A stretch of DNA of 29,712 nucleotides from a virus (lineage: Duplodnaviria > Caudoviricetes). Shown here in pieces: positions 7,630 through 16,568 of this stretch. The translations under genes were made by a program, and so were the position numbers. Each line of letters opens with the position of its first letter. Position 1 is the first letter of the stretch. The stretch spans positions 1 to 29,712 of IMG/VR virus record IMGVR_UViG_3300009117_000049. One strand, 5' to 3'. Below the pieces are notes generated by a model. That model saw nothing but the letters and a program-made list of their open reading frames with translations. It ran no database searches and was not told the DNA's origin.

Positions 7630-8109
7630 ATGGCCAAGCTGACGCCGAAACAGCAAAGATTCTGCGAGGAATACATGATAGACCTAAACGCTACCCAAGC
7701 TGCGATAAGAGCGGGCTACAGTGAAAAGACTGCAAAACAGCAAGGATCACGGCTGTTGACGAATGTTGACATTCTCGCGCGCGTGAGAGAATTACGGTCG
7801 GAACAAGTCAAACGTCTCGGTATTTCCGCCGATTGGGTAATTTTGAATATTGAAGATATTTATAGTAAATGTATGCAGGCAAAACCTATTATGGAGTGGG
7901 ATCATGCAGAAAAGAAAATGAAAGAGACCGGTGAGTATATATTTGATAGCAAGGGAGCCCTCAGATCAATGGAACTTATCGGTAAACACTTAGGCATGTT
8001 TGATACAGTTAAAAACAATCCATCTGAAGAGGACAAGAGTACGGGTGTAGTGATATTGCCGGAGGTCAAGATAGAGCCGGAGGACAAAGGCGGTGGTGAT
8101 GATGGCTAA
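7630..8109 (+). CDS. terS: Terminase small subunit
   Basis: LTPKQQRFCEEYMIDLNATQAAIRAGYSEKTAKQQGSRLL...ELIGKHLGMF (Terminase_2 family); ATG 7630 has a GAGGTG RBS. Confidence 0.95.
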   Translation: MAKLTPKQQRFCEEYMIDLNATQAAIRAGYSEKTAKQQGSRLLTNVDILARVRELRSEQVKRLGISADWVILNIEDIYSKCMQAKPIMEWDHAEKKMKETGEYIFDSKGALRSMELIGKHLGMFDTVKNNPSEEDKSTGVVILPEVKIEPEDKGGGDDG

Positions 8110-9541
8110 TACCGTATGGGAGCCGCAGCCTAAGCAAAAAGCTTTTCTATGCCGTTCCGAATATGAGGCCTTATACGGAGGCGCGGCCGGAGGCGGGAAG
8201 TCCGACGCTCTTTTAGCCGAGGCATTGAGGCAGGTACATATACCGTATTACCGGGCGATCATCTTCCGCAAGACTTATAAACAGTTATCAGAACTGATAG
8301 ACCGTAGCATTGAGATATACAGCGCGGCTTTTCCGCAGGCCAAGTATAACGGCAGTGGTCATGGCTGGGTATTCCCTTCCGGGGCCAAGATATACTTCGG
8401 CAATATGCACCATGCCAAGGACAGGCTGAACTATCAGGGGAAACGGTATGACTTTATCGGCTTTGACGAGCTTACCCACTTCACCTGGGAGGAATACAGT
8501 TATATGTTCTCCCGTAACCGGCCGGGAGGTCCCGGAACGCGGGTATATATCAGGGGGACAACAAACCCCGGAGGCGTAGGGCATGGATGGGTGAAGGACC
8601 GTTTTATAGATGTGGCGGCTCCTATGACGCCGGTCACAGGCGGGTATAAGATCATGTCCCCGGACGGAAAGCTTATAGAGGTCAAAAGGACACGGGTATT
8701 CGTCCCGGCAACTATCTTTGATAATCAGATACTGCTTACCAATGACCCAAACTATATTGCAAACCTGGCCATGCTCCCGGAAGCGGAGAGACAGGCGCTT
8801 CTATATGGGGACTGGAACAGCTTTCAGGGACAGGTATTCTCTGAATGGCGTAATGACCAGGACCATTACAAAGACAGGATAGGGACGCACGTTATCGACC
8901 CCTTTAAGGTGCCGGAGAACTGGCGCATATACCGGGGTTTTGACTTCGGTTATGCCAAGCCCTTTGCGGTTGGGTGGTTTGCGGTAGACCATGACGGGCG
9001 CATGTATCATATCAGGGAGCTTTACGGCTGTACAGATCAGCCCAATACCGGCGTCAAGTGGGAACCGCAAAAGATAGCGCATGAGATCAAGCGCATTGAA
9101 GAAGAGGACATCAATCTGAAAGACCGGCATATCGTGGGTATAGCTGACCCTTCCATATTCGATGAAAGCCGGGGCGAAAGTATTGCCGTGATGATGGAGC
9201 GGGAGCGGGTGTATTTCGACCGTGGGGACAACAAGCGTTTACCGGGTAAGATGGAAATCCATTACCGCCTGGCCTTTGATGAAAAGGGTATACCGATGTT
9301 TTACACCTTTAAGACCTGCAGGCACTTCATTAGGACAATACCTTCTTTGACATATAGCGAGATAGACCCGGAGGACGTAGACACGGACGGCGAAGATCAT
9401 ATTTATGATATGGTTCGCTACGTGGCCATGGAAAATCCGATAGCTCCGAAGCCTATTAAAGAGCGGGCGGCAAAAGCCTATAACCCGCTTGATGATGAAG
9501 AGAATACGAAGTATGACCAATACGCCTTTTATAGAATATAG
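8102..9541 (+). CDS. terL: Terminase large subunit
   Basis: Walker A GGAAGGGKS, Walker B FIGFDE, motif III TTNPGG, nuclease GFDFG...EDHIYDMVRY. Confidence 0.95.
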   Translation: MANTVWEPQPKQKAFLCRSEYEALYGGAAGGGKSDALLAEALRQVHIPYYRAIIFRKTYKQLSELIDRSIEIYSAAFPQAKYNGSGHGWVFPSGAKIYFGNMHHAKDRLNYQGKRYDFIGFDELTHFTWEEYSYMFSRNRPGGPGTRVYIRGTTNPGGVGHGWVKDRFIDVAAPMTPVTGGYKIMSPDGKLIEVKRTRVFVPATIFDNQILLTNDPNYIANLAMLPEAERQALLYGDWNSFQGQVFSEWRNDQDHYKDRIGTHVIDPFKVPENWRIYRGFDFGYAKPFAVGWFAVDHDGRMYHIRELYGCTDQPNTGVKWEPQKIAHEIKRIEEEDINLKDRHIVGIADPSIFDESRGESIAVMMERERVYFDRGDNKRLPGKMEIHYRLAFDEKGIPMFYTFKTCRHFIRTIPSLTYSEIDPEDVDTDGEDHIYDMVRYVAMENPIAPKPIKERAAKAYNPLDDEENTKYDQYAFYRI

Positions 9542-9556
9542 AGGAGGGCAAAAGGC

Positions 9557-11512
9557 ATGGATAAGAATTTTTCCATATTAGGGCATGACATATCTATCAC
9601 GCCGCAGAGTGGCAGCACGCCGCTGACAGCTTCCGGGCCTATGCAGGGGCCTATAGGTGTAAAAGAGATCCAACAGGCGGCTGACATCTTAAAAAAATAT
9701 AAGGATGGTAAGTCAAACCTTGAGAACCGCATAGTCGAAAACGAACGCTGGTACAAGGGTAGGCATTGGGAGGTCATTAGAAATAAGTACAACACAAACC
9801 CAAAGACAGCTATTGATGTTGAACCGGCATCCGCTTGGTTATTTAATAGTTTGGCGAACAAGCACGCCGACGCTATGGACAATTATCCGGAACCTAATGT
9901 TCTGCCGCGTGAGCGTGGAGACGAGCAAGATGCTCAGTCCCTGGGCAGTATCATCCCGGTCATTGTCGAACGTAACGAATTTGAGGAGACTTACTCCGAC
10001 GCCTGGTGGTACAAGCTTAAAAACGGGGTTGCTCCTTATGGCGTGTTCTGGGATAAGGACCTGGAAAACGGCCTAGGGGATATCACTATCAAAAAGCTGG
10101 ACATCCTCAACATCTTTTGGGAGCCCGGCATATCCGACATCCAGAAAAGCCGCAACCTTTTTATTGTGGCTTTAGAGGATGACGACTTACTGCAAGCGTC
10201 CTATCCCTGGATCAAGGGTAGTAATAACAAGGTCATTGATGTTAAAGAATATATCTATGACGATAGCGTCGATACGACCGGCAAGAGTGCAGTGGTGGAC
10301 TGGTACTATAAGATCAAACAGCCGGGCGGTAATACAGTCCTGCACTATGTCAAATTTGTGGGTAATATTTTGCTCTATGCCTCTGAAAACGATCCTTTGT
10401 ATGCCGAGACAGGCTGGTATAACCATGGTCAATACCCGGTATTCTTTGATGTGCTTTTCCCGGAAGAGGGTACGCCGACAGGTTTCGGCTATGTTGATGT
10501 GATGCGTGAGCCTCAGATGTACATAGACAAGCTCAATCAGATCATCATGAAGAATGCCCTGATGGCCGGGAAGAAGCGTTTCTTTATCAAGGATACGGGC
10601 GGGGTCAATGAAGGAGAGTTTGCCGACTGGTCTAAAGACCTTATCCATGTTACTGGGGCTATCGGGGAGGAAAGCATACGCGAATTTTCAGTTTCGCCGC
10701 TGGATGCGTACATTGTCCAGCATTTGCAGTATAAGATCGACGAGCTGAAGGAGACTTCCGGCAACCGGGATTTCAGCCAGGGAGGTACTTCTGGAGGCGT
10801 TACGGCAGCGGCGGCTATCGCGGCCTTGCAGGAGAGCGGCAATAAGCTTTCCCGCGACATGATCAAAGGTTCTTATCGTGTCTATACCAAGATCGTTTAT
10901 TTGTGCATCGAGCTTATCCGGCAATTCTATGACGAAAAGCGCAGTTTCCGCATAGAGGGCCAACAAGGGGGCATGCAGTTTATCGAGTATTCCAATGCGG
11001 GTATCAGGGAGCAGCAACTTCCGGCAGCTTATGAGGGGGAAATGCCTGCCTATCGCGTGCCGATATTCGATATCAAGGTCAAGCCGCAGAAGTCTAACCC
11101 CTTTAGCCGGGCGGCGCAAAATGAAATGGCTAAAGAGTTCTACGGCATGGGTTTCTTTGACCCTGCCAGGGCGGATCAAACCCTTGCCGCGCTTGATATG
11201 ATGGACTTCGAGGGCAAGCAAAAGACCGTTCAGCGTATTGCTCAGAACGGAACCATGTTCCAGATGATACAGGAGATGCAGGTCCAGATGGATAAGATGG
11301 CCTTGCTCATCCAGAAGGCCTATGGTGTTGATATGGGTCTCGGGCAACAGCAACAGCAAGGCGCTCCCGGCGAGGCGGCAGGCAAGGGGAATAGTGGAGG
11401 AATGGCGCAGGCCATGGGTAAAGCCGTCCAAAATGCCAATTCCTCGTACGGCGAACGCCTTGCCGAGCGCGCTCAGCCTAATGTCAGCAAGCAGGGAGGA
11501 ATGGGCGCATGA
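9557..11512 (+). CDS. Portal protein (P22-like)
   Basis: 651 aa after terL; helical, with PQMYIDKL...IDELKETSG.RDFSQG...AAAAIAALQE and a Q/G-rich C-terminal tail, typical of podovirus portals. Confidence 0.88.
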   Translation: MDKNFSILGHDISITPQSGSTPLTASGPMQGPIGVKEIQQAADILKKYKDGKSNLENRIVENERWYKGRHWEVIRNKYNTNPKTAIDVEPASAWLFNSLANKHADAMDNYPEPNVLPRERGDEQDAQSLGSIIPVIVERNEFEETYSDAWWYKLKNGVAPYGVFWDKDLENGLGDITIKKLDILNIFWEPGISDIQKSRNLFIVALEDDDLLQASYPWIKGSNNKVIDVKEYIYDDSVDTTGKSAVVDWYYKIKQPGGNTVLHYVKFVGNILLYASENDPLYAETGWYNHGQYPVFFDVLFPEEGTPTGFGYVDVMREPQMYIDKLNQIIMKNALMAGKKRFFIKDTGGVNEGEFADWSKDLIHVTGAIGEESIREFSVSPLDAYIVQHLQYKIDELKETSGNRDFSQGGTSGGVTAAAAIAALQESGNKLSRDMIKGSYRVYTKIVYLCIELIRQFYDEKRSFRIEGQQGGMQFIEYSNAGIREQQLPAAYEGEMPAYRVPIFDIKVKPQKSNPFSRAAQNEMAKEFYGMGFFDPARADQTLAALDMMDFEGKQKTVQRIAQNGTMFQMIQEMQVQMDKMALLIQKAYGVDMGLGQQQQQGAPGEAAGKGNSGGMAQAMGKAVQNANSSYGERLAERAQPNVSKQGGMGA

Positions 11513-11832
11513 TAACCATATATACTGGGATAAAAGGCAATGCTTATTATATGGAATCGAAGGGGCATGCGGACTATGAACCCGGTAATGATATCGTCTG
11601 TGCTGCGGTATCCAGTCTTATGTTTACGCTGGCTGGTGCGGTCACTAATCTCAGCGGCGGGGGCAAGAAGGTTATCCGGGAAGGAGAAGGGCAGATGTCG
11701 ATACGATATTGGCCGCGTGACATGGAAGATAGCCAGAATATGAAGGTTATCTGGAATACGATCATCATCGGGCTTTTGCAAATCGTGAAGAAGTACCCGA
11801 AGAATGTTAAGTTGATTAGGGAAAATGGGTAA
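11509..11832 (+). CDS. prp: Phage-encoded Prp-family (DUF464, ribosomal-processing) cysteine protease; probable prohead protease
   Basis: Catalytic GHA...DIVCAAVS motif and C-terminal GLLQIVKKYPKNV; ATGA-coupled to the portal gene. Confidence 0.92.
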   Translation: MITIYTGIKGNAYYMESKGHADYEPGNDIVCAAVSSLMFTLAGAVTNLSGGGKKVIREGEGQMSIRYWPRDMEDSQNMKVIWNTIIIGLLQIVKKYPKNVKLIRENG

Positions 11833-11897
11833 TAAAAAAAGAAGTAGGGTGTTTGGCGCGTGTCCATAAGGGCATAAGCCGAACTGTGGTATTTATG

Positions 11898-11932
11898 CAA
11901 AGGCAGACAGTGTATCTCACTGACTGCCTTTG
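11898..11932 (+). terminator. Hairpin terminator after prp (left edge of accessory insert)
   Basis: CAAAGGCAGACAGTG-TATCT-CACTGACTGCCTTTG (one mismatch). Confidence 0.7.
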
Positions 11933-12189
11933 TGTTAAGGGTTATTTTGTTATTTTATTGTTTAGAAGATAAATTTGAAGTATAATGGAGGAAAATTATG
12001 TAATTTGTAATTGGAAGTCTTTCAATTATCTGATTTCTGAAATCCAAAGTTCAATCAGATTCATATAAGGCGAATAATCGGAAACTTAGCAAGGTTCATT
12101 TAATGGCTATAATGGGAAGCTAAAAAGAGATAAATTGTAGCTATAGTGTAAGTTTTATAAAAAAGAATAATGTAAGTAGGCGATTAGAA

Positions 12190-13461
12190 ATGAATGCCCC
12201 AAAGATTTTTATTAGCTCCACTGTATATGATTTTGTATATTTACGGCAGGGCCTAAAGTATAGTCTTGAACAATTAGGTTTTAAGGTTCAGCTTTCTGAG
12301 CGCCCTGATTTTGATGCAATAAGCACAAATAAGTCTTCATACGAAATTTGCTTGGATAATATACATAAATGCCAATATTTCATATTACTAATTGGTGGTA
12401 GAATTGGGGGATATTATGATAAAATAAATGACATTAGCATTACAAGGGCGGAATATGAAGAAGCCTATGAATTATCCAAACAAAACAAAATAAGAATGTT
12501 ATGTTTTGTTGAAAGAGATATTTGGACTATTAAAGAAGATAGGAGAAATCTGCCTGACAGTGAAAAATATCGTGCAACAAAATCAATGGAGAATCCAAAG
12601 GAGATTTTTGATTTTATTGATTTAGTATGCAGAAAAGAAGAAATGAAAAAAGCAATTAACAGTGAAATTGACTTTCCAATATGTAATTGGATAATTCCAT
12701 TCACAGATATATCAGAGATAATGATGGTGTTTGAAAATTCATATGATGGCTTTTCAAACATAGACAAATCTCAATGGATAGAACTGATAAAAAGAGAAAT
12801 GGCTCAGAATATGGTATTGTTGTCGCGCCGTAAACACAAATTTTTGTTTCAATATGCAATAATCCCAAAATCTGATTTACCCGAAAATGCTGTCGATGAA
12901 TATTATTTAACGGCAGATCAAATATATCAGTTAAAAGAGTTCATGAGATTTTACTCATATAAAAGAACTTTCTTAAAATATGATATGGTAAAAGAATGTT
13001 TAAGGTCCAATTGCTTTTTGGAATATTCAGTAATAGAAGGTAAATTTACAAAAAGCAAAACGTATCTGCTGTTAGAACGGATTATTAAACAGATTGACAA
13101 CATAAAATTATATTGGGCAGATATTGACCCTAAAAATGATGGTATAAACGAAGATGAACTATGGAAACTTTGCAATCAAAGATTGAATCATAATGGGTCG
13201 GGATTTACCAAGGAAAGAATAAATTTTAATGTATATAAAGGTATTGCTCTTATTTTATTGCCTTATCTTGAAAGGAATCTATTAAGAATGATAGAACAGT
13301 TTTTGAAAAGCGTAACAACTCCAAATTTTAAGATAGATTTTGAATATATTGAAGATGAACCATTTGAAGCCTCAAGATCAGGGGTTAAACAAGAAAAATG
13401 TTCTATAAATGATGCAGAGGAAATAATGACGAGGTTGATTAATGGTAGCTTTAAGTTGTAA
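12190..13461 (+). CDS. DUF4062 (TIR/nucleoside-deoxyribosyltransferase-like) domain protein; putative anti-phage gene
   Basis: KIFISSTVYDF..LR...SYEICLDNIHKCQYFILLIGGRIGG...SITRAEYEEA, with the conserved Glu; unknown C-terminal region; markedly AT-rich relative to the phage core. Confidence 0.82.
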   Translation: MNAPKIFISSTVYDFVYLRQGLKYSLEQLGFKVQLSERPDFDAISTNKSSYEICLDNIHKCQYFILLIGGRIGGYYDKINDISITRAEYEEAYELSKQNKIRMLCFVERDIWTIKEDRRNLPDSEKYRATKSMENPKEIFDFIDLVCRKEEMKKAINSEIDFPICNWIIPFTDISEIMMVFENSYDGFSNIDKSQWIELIKREMAQNMVLLSRRKHKFLFQYAIIPKSDLPENAVDEYYLTADQIYQLKEFMRFYSYKRTFLKYDMVKECLRSNCFLEYSVIEGKFTKSKTYLLLERIIKQIDNIKLYWADIDPKNDGINEDELWKLCNQRLNHNGSGFTKERINFNVYKGIALILLPYLERNLLRMIEQFLKSVTTPNFKIDFEYIEDEPFEASRSGVKQEKCSINDAEEIMTRLINGSFKL

Positions 13462-13514
13462 TTCCCGTGACCGCACATTATTAATAATTTTGTCAGCACA
13501 GCAAAACGCTTGAG

Positions 13515-13544
13515 TTTCCCATTATGTTTATTACAAACAAATTC
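13515..13544 (+). repeat. 30-bp direct repeat copy A, downstream of the DUF4062 gene
   Basis: TTTCCCATTATGTTTATTACAAACAAATTC; 25/30 identical to 15170..15199. Confidence 0.7.
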
Positions 13545-13592
13545 AGTTTAGTAATCCCGCTCTGATTAAAAGGTAGTTGATTCTGACAGGCG

Positions 13593-13620
13593 TAGACATC
13601 GTAAATCCTTTGGTTACTAT
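13593..13620 (+). promoter_or_regulatory. Possible promoter of the SEFIR gene
   Basis: TAGACA-16 bp-TACTAT upstream of the GGAGGT RBS and GTG start. Confidence 0.4.
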
Positions 13621-13666
13621 TATCGATGGAAATTAACATAGCCGTTCATGCAATGGAGGTAACAGT

Positions 13667-15109
13667 GTGAGCAAACCAACAATTGAACAACCAAAAGTAT
13701 TTATTTCTTATGCTTGGAGTTCTGAGGAGTATCAGGCTAAAGTGTTGTCGTTAGCAACAGATTTAGTAGCTGATGGCGTAGATGTACAACTTGATAAGTG
13801 GTCGCTTAAAGAAGGCAACGATACCTATGCCTTTATGGAGCAAAGCGTTACAGATCCAAGCATTACCAATGTACTAATTCTTCTTGATGAACAGTATGAA
13901 ATGAAAGCTAACGCACGGAGCGGTGGAGTAGGAACCGAAACACAAATTATTTCGCCCGAAATCTACAAAAAAGTTACACAAGAAAAATTTATCCCAGTAG
14001 TATTTGAGCGTGGCGCAACCGGTGAAGTGCACAAGCCAGCATATCTTCAAGGCTTGCTTCACTTTGATCTTTCAATAGCCGAGCAATATGATTATGAGTA
14101 TCAAAGGCTTGTAAAGCGACTATATGGTATAGAGACATATGAAAAGCCCGAACTGGGAAAAAAACCATCTTGGCTGGATTCAACATCGAAAGTAAGCACC
14201 AAAACCAGAAGTGCTTACAGCGTGTTAAAGACTAATCTTCCAGATAAAGTACAAATAGAGCAGTTCATTTCATTTCTATCTCAGTTTAGAGATAAGATAA
14301 TTGGATTTGGGGGCGATGAAGACTTAAGAAAGGCCTCTTTTGATAAATATATATCCGCATATGCAGATACAAGATCTATACGTGATGAGTTCCTACAATT
14401 GATGCAATATGTTTCCTATATAAAGAATAGCGAACAGTATATTGTCAACATGCTTGAGGAAAGCCAGAATATTATAAGCCAAGAGACTGGATATTTTAAG
14501 GAAATTAAGCTCACTCTTTTACATGAACTCTTCATATATGTAATCGCCATTTACTTTAAGAATCAGTACTACAATGGATTAGCTTATATTCTTGGAAAGA
14601 CATATTTTACTAATAATCACTCAGGAAATCATGCAAAAAACTTTAATATGTTCTATTATAACAACGAGAATATGAACAATGCGGTAAACAAACGTGATGA
14701 CAAAAAATATCTTTCAGGAACTGCACAGTATTGGATAGAAAACATCGATACGGAAACATGTTCTAAAAATGATTTTATTTTTGCAGATTTGCTATGCTAT
14801 AACTATGCAGTCTTTGGAAAAGATTATCATTATGATTGGTATTGGTTTCCTATAACCTATATTTATAGTGGTTATGAAAACACCATAATGCGTACTTTTG
14901 CTGTCAAACTACAATCGTTGGAAAATTTATCAAAAGCCTCAAGTCTATTTGGGTATGATAATACAGAAGAATTAAAAGCAAAATTCGCTGAGATTGAAGA
15001 GATGATCAAAAGCGGAGGTTTCCAAGAATACCGTTATGGAGGTGCTTTTGAAAGCGCACGTATATTGTGTCATTTTATAAAAGCAAAAGACTTAGGGACT
15101 TTAAAATAA
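13667..15109 (+). CDS. SEFIR/TIR-domain protein (bacterial SEFIR anti-phage type)
   Basis: PKVFISYAWSS...VLSLATDL..DGVDVQLDKWSLKEGND..AFMEQSV...Y..KAN.RSGGVGTETQIISPEIY...KFIPVV; 480 aa with a long C-terminal domain. Confidence 0.88.
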   Translation: MSKPTIEQPKVFISYAWSSEEYQAKVLSLATDLVADGVDVQLDKWSLKEGNDTYAFMEQSVTDPSITNVLILLDEQYEMKANARSGGVGTETQIISPEIYKKVTQEKFIPVVFERGATGEVHKPAYLQGLLHFDLSIAEQYDYEYQRLVKRLYGIETYEKPELGKKPSWLDSTSKVSTKTRSAYSVLKTNLPDKVQIEQFISFLSQFRDKIIGFGGDEDLRKASFDKYISAYADTRSIRDEFLQLMQYVSYIKNSEQYIVNMLEESQNIISQETGYFKEIKLTLLHELFIYVIAIYFKNQYYNGLAYILGKTYFTNNHSGNHAKNFNMFYYNNENMNNAVNKRDDKKYLSGTAQYWIENIDTETCSKNDFIFADLLCYNYAVFGKDYHYDWYWFPITYIYSGYENTIMRTFAVKLQSLENLSKASSLFGYDNTEELKAKFAEIEEMIKSGGFQEYRYGGAFESARILCHFIKAKDLGTLK

Positions 15110-15169
15110 TTAGCAATTTTAAAACAATTATAATCAAGATTTAATTTATGAATCATGGAGGCAATCCAA

Positions 15170-15199
15170 TTTTCCATTATGTTTAGAACATACTAATTC
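15170..15199 (+). repeat. 30-bp direct repeat copy B, downstream of the SEFIR gene
   Basis: TTTTCCATTATGTTTAGAACATACTAATTC; 25/30 identical to 13515..13544. Confidence 0.7.
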
Positions 15200-15257
15200 T
15201 TAGCGGACATTAAGCTTCGCATTATCCATATTATCAGATAAAAGAGTAAACAAAGAT

Positions 15258-15293
15258 AAATCCTTAGAACCCGCATGGTTCTAAGGATTTTTT
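15258..15293 (+). terminator. Perfect 14-bp hairpin with T-tract
   Basis: AAATCCTTAGAACC-CGCAT-GGTTCTAAGGATTT followed by TTT. Confidence 0.8.
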
Positions 15294-15348
15294 GAGTACT
15301 GGTCGGATTTGAACAGGTGACCTACTGACTACAAATTAATTATTCTGC
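15292..15348 (-). pseudogene. Decayed 3' portion of a tRNA-Thr(UGU)-like sequence (att-like remnant)
   Basis: Minus strand reads GCAGAATA-ATTAA-TTTGTAG-TCAGT-AGGTC-ACCTG-TTCAAAT-CCGAC-CAGTACTCAA: TGT anticodon loop, AGGTC variable loop, TTCAAAT T-loop; stems broken, no 5' acceptor strand, no CCA. Confidence 0.62.
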
Positions 15349-15365
15349 ACCAAAGCAATTACTGT

Positions 15366-15401
15366 AGAGGTATATCTTTGGGGTATAGCCTCTCTTTTTT
15401 T
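15366..15401 (+). terminator. Imperfect hairpin with T-tract before late promoter 2
   Basis: AGAGG-TATATC...GGTATA-G-CCTCT followed by CTTTTTTT. Confidence 0.5.
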
Positions 15402-15465
15402 ATTAAAAATATTTTCCTGTTTTTGACGCAATTTGCTTGACTGCATTGTACCATCAAGATAGAGG
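15401..15465 (+). promoter_or_regulatory. Late promoter 2 (head/tail operon)
   Basis: TATTAAAAA...TGTTTTTGACGCAAT; TTGACG-20 bp-TACCAT-N6-AGAGG. Confidence 0.7.
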
Positions 15466-15526
15466 ACTTTTTGACCTATGGGGTCTGACCACGGACAATA
15501 CCGCGATATAAAGGAGGGGTACTGAT

Positions 15527-16528
15527 ATGTACCAAGACTATGCTTTTAAATTACAGCCTAAACCTTTAAATTTGCTTTATGTAAGGTTTGACTTGCATGA
15601 CGGAGCGGCCGGAGGGGCGCCAGGAGCACCGTCAGCAGGAGGCGAAGGAGCAGGCGTACAGGCTGAAACACAGGGCCCCGGAAGCAGCCGCCGGGCTAAT
15701 AAATCGGGCGAAGCAGCACAAAAGGTCGTCTACGGCAAGCAGCCGCAGCAGGACGATACCGTTCCCGCCGCCGGGGAAATACCAAAGACAACAACAGCGA
15801 CTTCCGATACTTTGGAGGCCAGGAAAGCCGAATTTGAAAAGCTTATTAGCGGTGATTACAAAGACTTATTCACCGAAAGGACGCAGCAGATCATTGACCG
15901 GCGTTTCAAAGAAACGAAAGGGCTTGAAGCCAAGTTGGCTGATGTATCACCAATACTGGACATGCTGTCTCAAAAATATGAGCTTGCCGACACCGACCCC
16001 AAGAAGCTCATGGAAGCTATCGAGCAGGATGAAAGATATTGGGAAGAAGCCGCCGAAAAGGCCGGACTAAGCGTTGAACAATATAAAACGATGCAGAAGA
16101 TCATGCGGGAAAACACCGAATTGAGGAAAGCTAATCAGACGGTGGCCAGAGAACAGTTCGCGCAAAGTCAGATGTCCGACTGGATGAAGCAGGCAGAGCA
16201 GATAAGGACTGTTTATCCCGGATTTGACCTGCAAACGGAAGCGGCTAATTCGCAGTTCGTCAGCCTTCTTCGAAACGGCGTTGACGTAAAGACGGCTTAT
16301 GAGGTATTGCATATTGACGATATCAAGGCCAGTACCGCGCAGATGGCCGGAAAACGGACCGAGACGAATATAACTAGCAATATCAGGGCTAAAGGACAGC
16401 GGCCTGCGGAGGCCGGAATAGCAGCTCCTCCGGGCGTGATCATCAAGAATGACGTAAGTAAACTGACCGCCGCTGACCGCAAAGAAATTGCCCGGTGCGC
16501 GGCAAGAGGGGAAACGATCAGTTTCTGA
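15527..16528 (+). CDS. Capsid scaffolding protein with Prp-type N-terminal propeptide
   Basis: Lies before the major capsid gene; disordered N-terminus, coiled-coil core, basic C-terminal helix; VRFDLH/DG motif. Confidence 0.8.
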   Translation: MYQDYAFKLQPKPLNLLYVRFDLHDGAAGGAPGAPSAGGEGAGVQAETQGPGSSRRANKSGEAAQKVVYGKQPQQDDTVPAAGEIPKTTTATSDTLEARKAEFEKLISGDYKDLFTERTQQIIDRRFKETKGLEAKLADVSPILDMLSQKYELADTDPKKLMEAIEQDERYWEEAAEKAGLSVEQYKTMQKIMRENTELRKANQTVAREQFAQSQMSDWMKQAEQIRTVYPGFDLQTEAANSQFVSLLRNGVDVKTAYEVLHIDDIKASTAQMAGKRTETNITSNIRAKGQRPAEAGIAAPPGVIIKNDVSKLTAADRKEIARCAARGETISF

Positions 16529-16568
16529 TTAATTCCCTCGACACATCAAAGTAAAGGGGACGATAACT

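Noticed and set aside
7763-7774. AATGTTGACATT resembling the ori iteron, inside terS
   Set aside because: Single copy that encodes the conserved NVDI of TerS; no AT-rich tract or periodicity.
12190-15109. Calling the two TIR-clan genes a Thoeris system
   Set aside because: No ThsA-type effector (SIR2-SLOG, Macro-TM) is present; the genes are 205 bp apart with separate promoter candidates.
15292-15370. Functional tRNA gene
   Set aside because: Anticodon and T stems do not pair, and the 5' acceptor strand and CCA are absent; reported only as a remnant.
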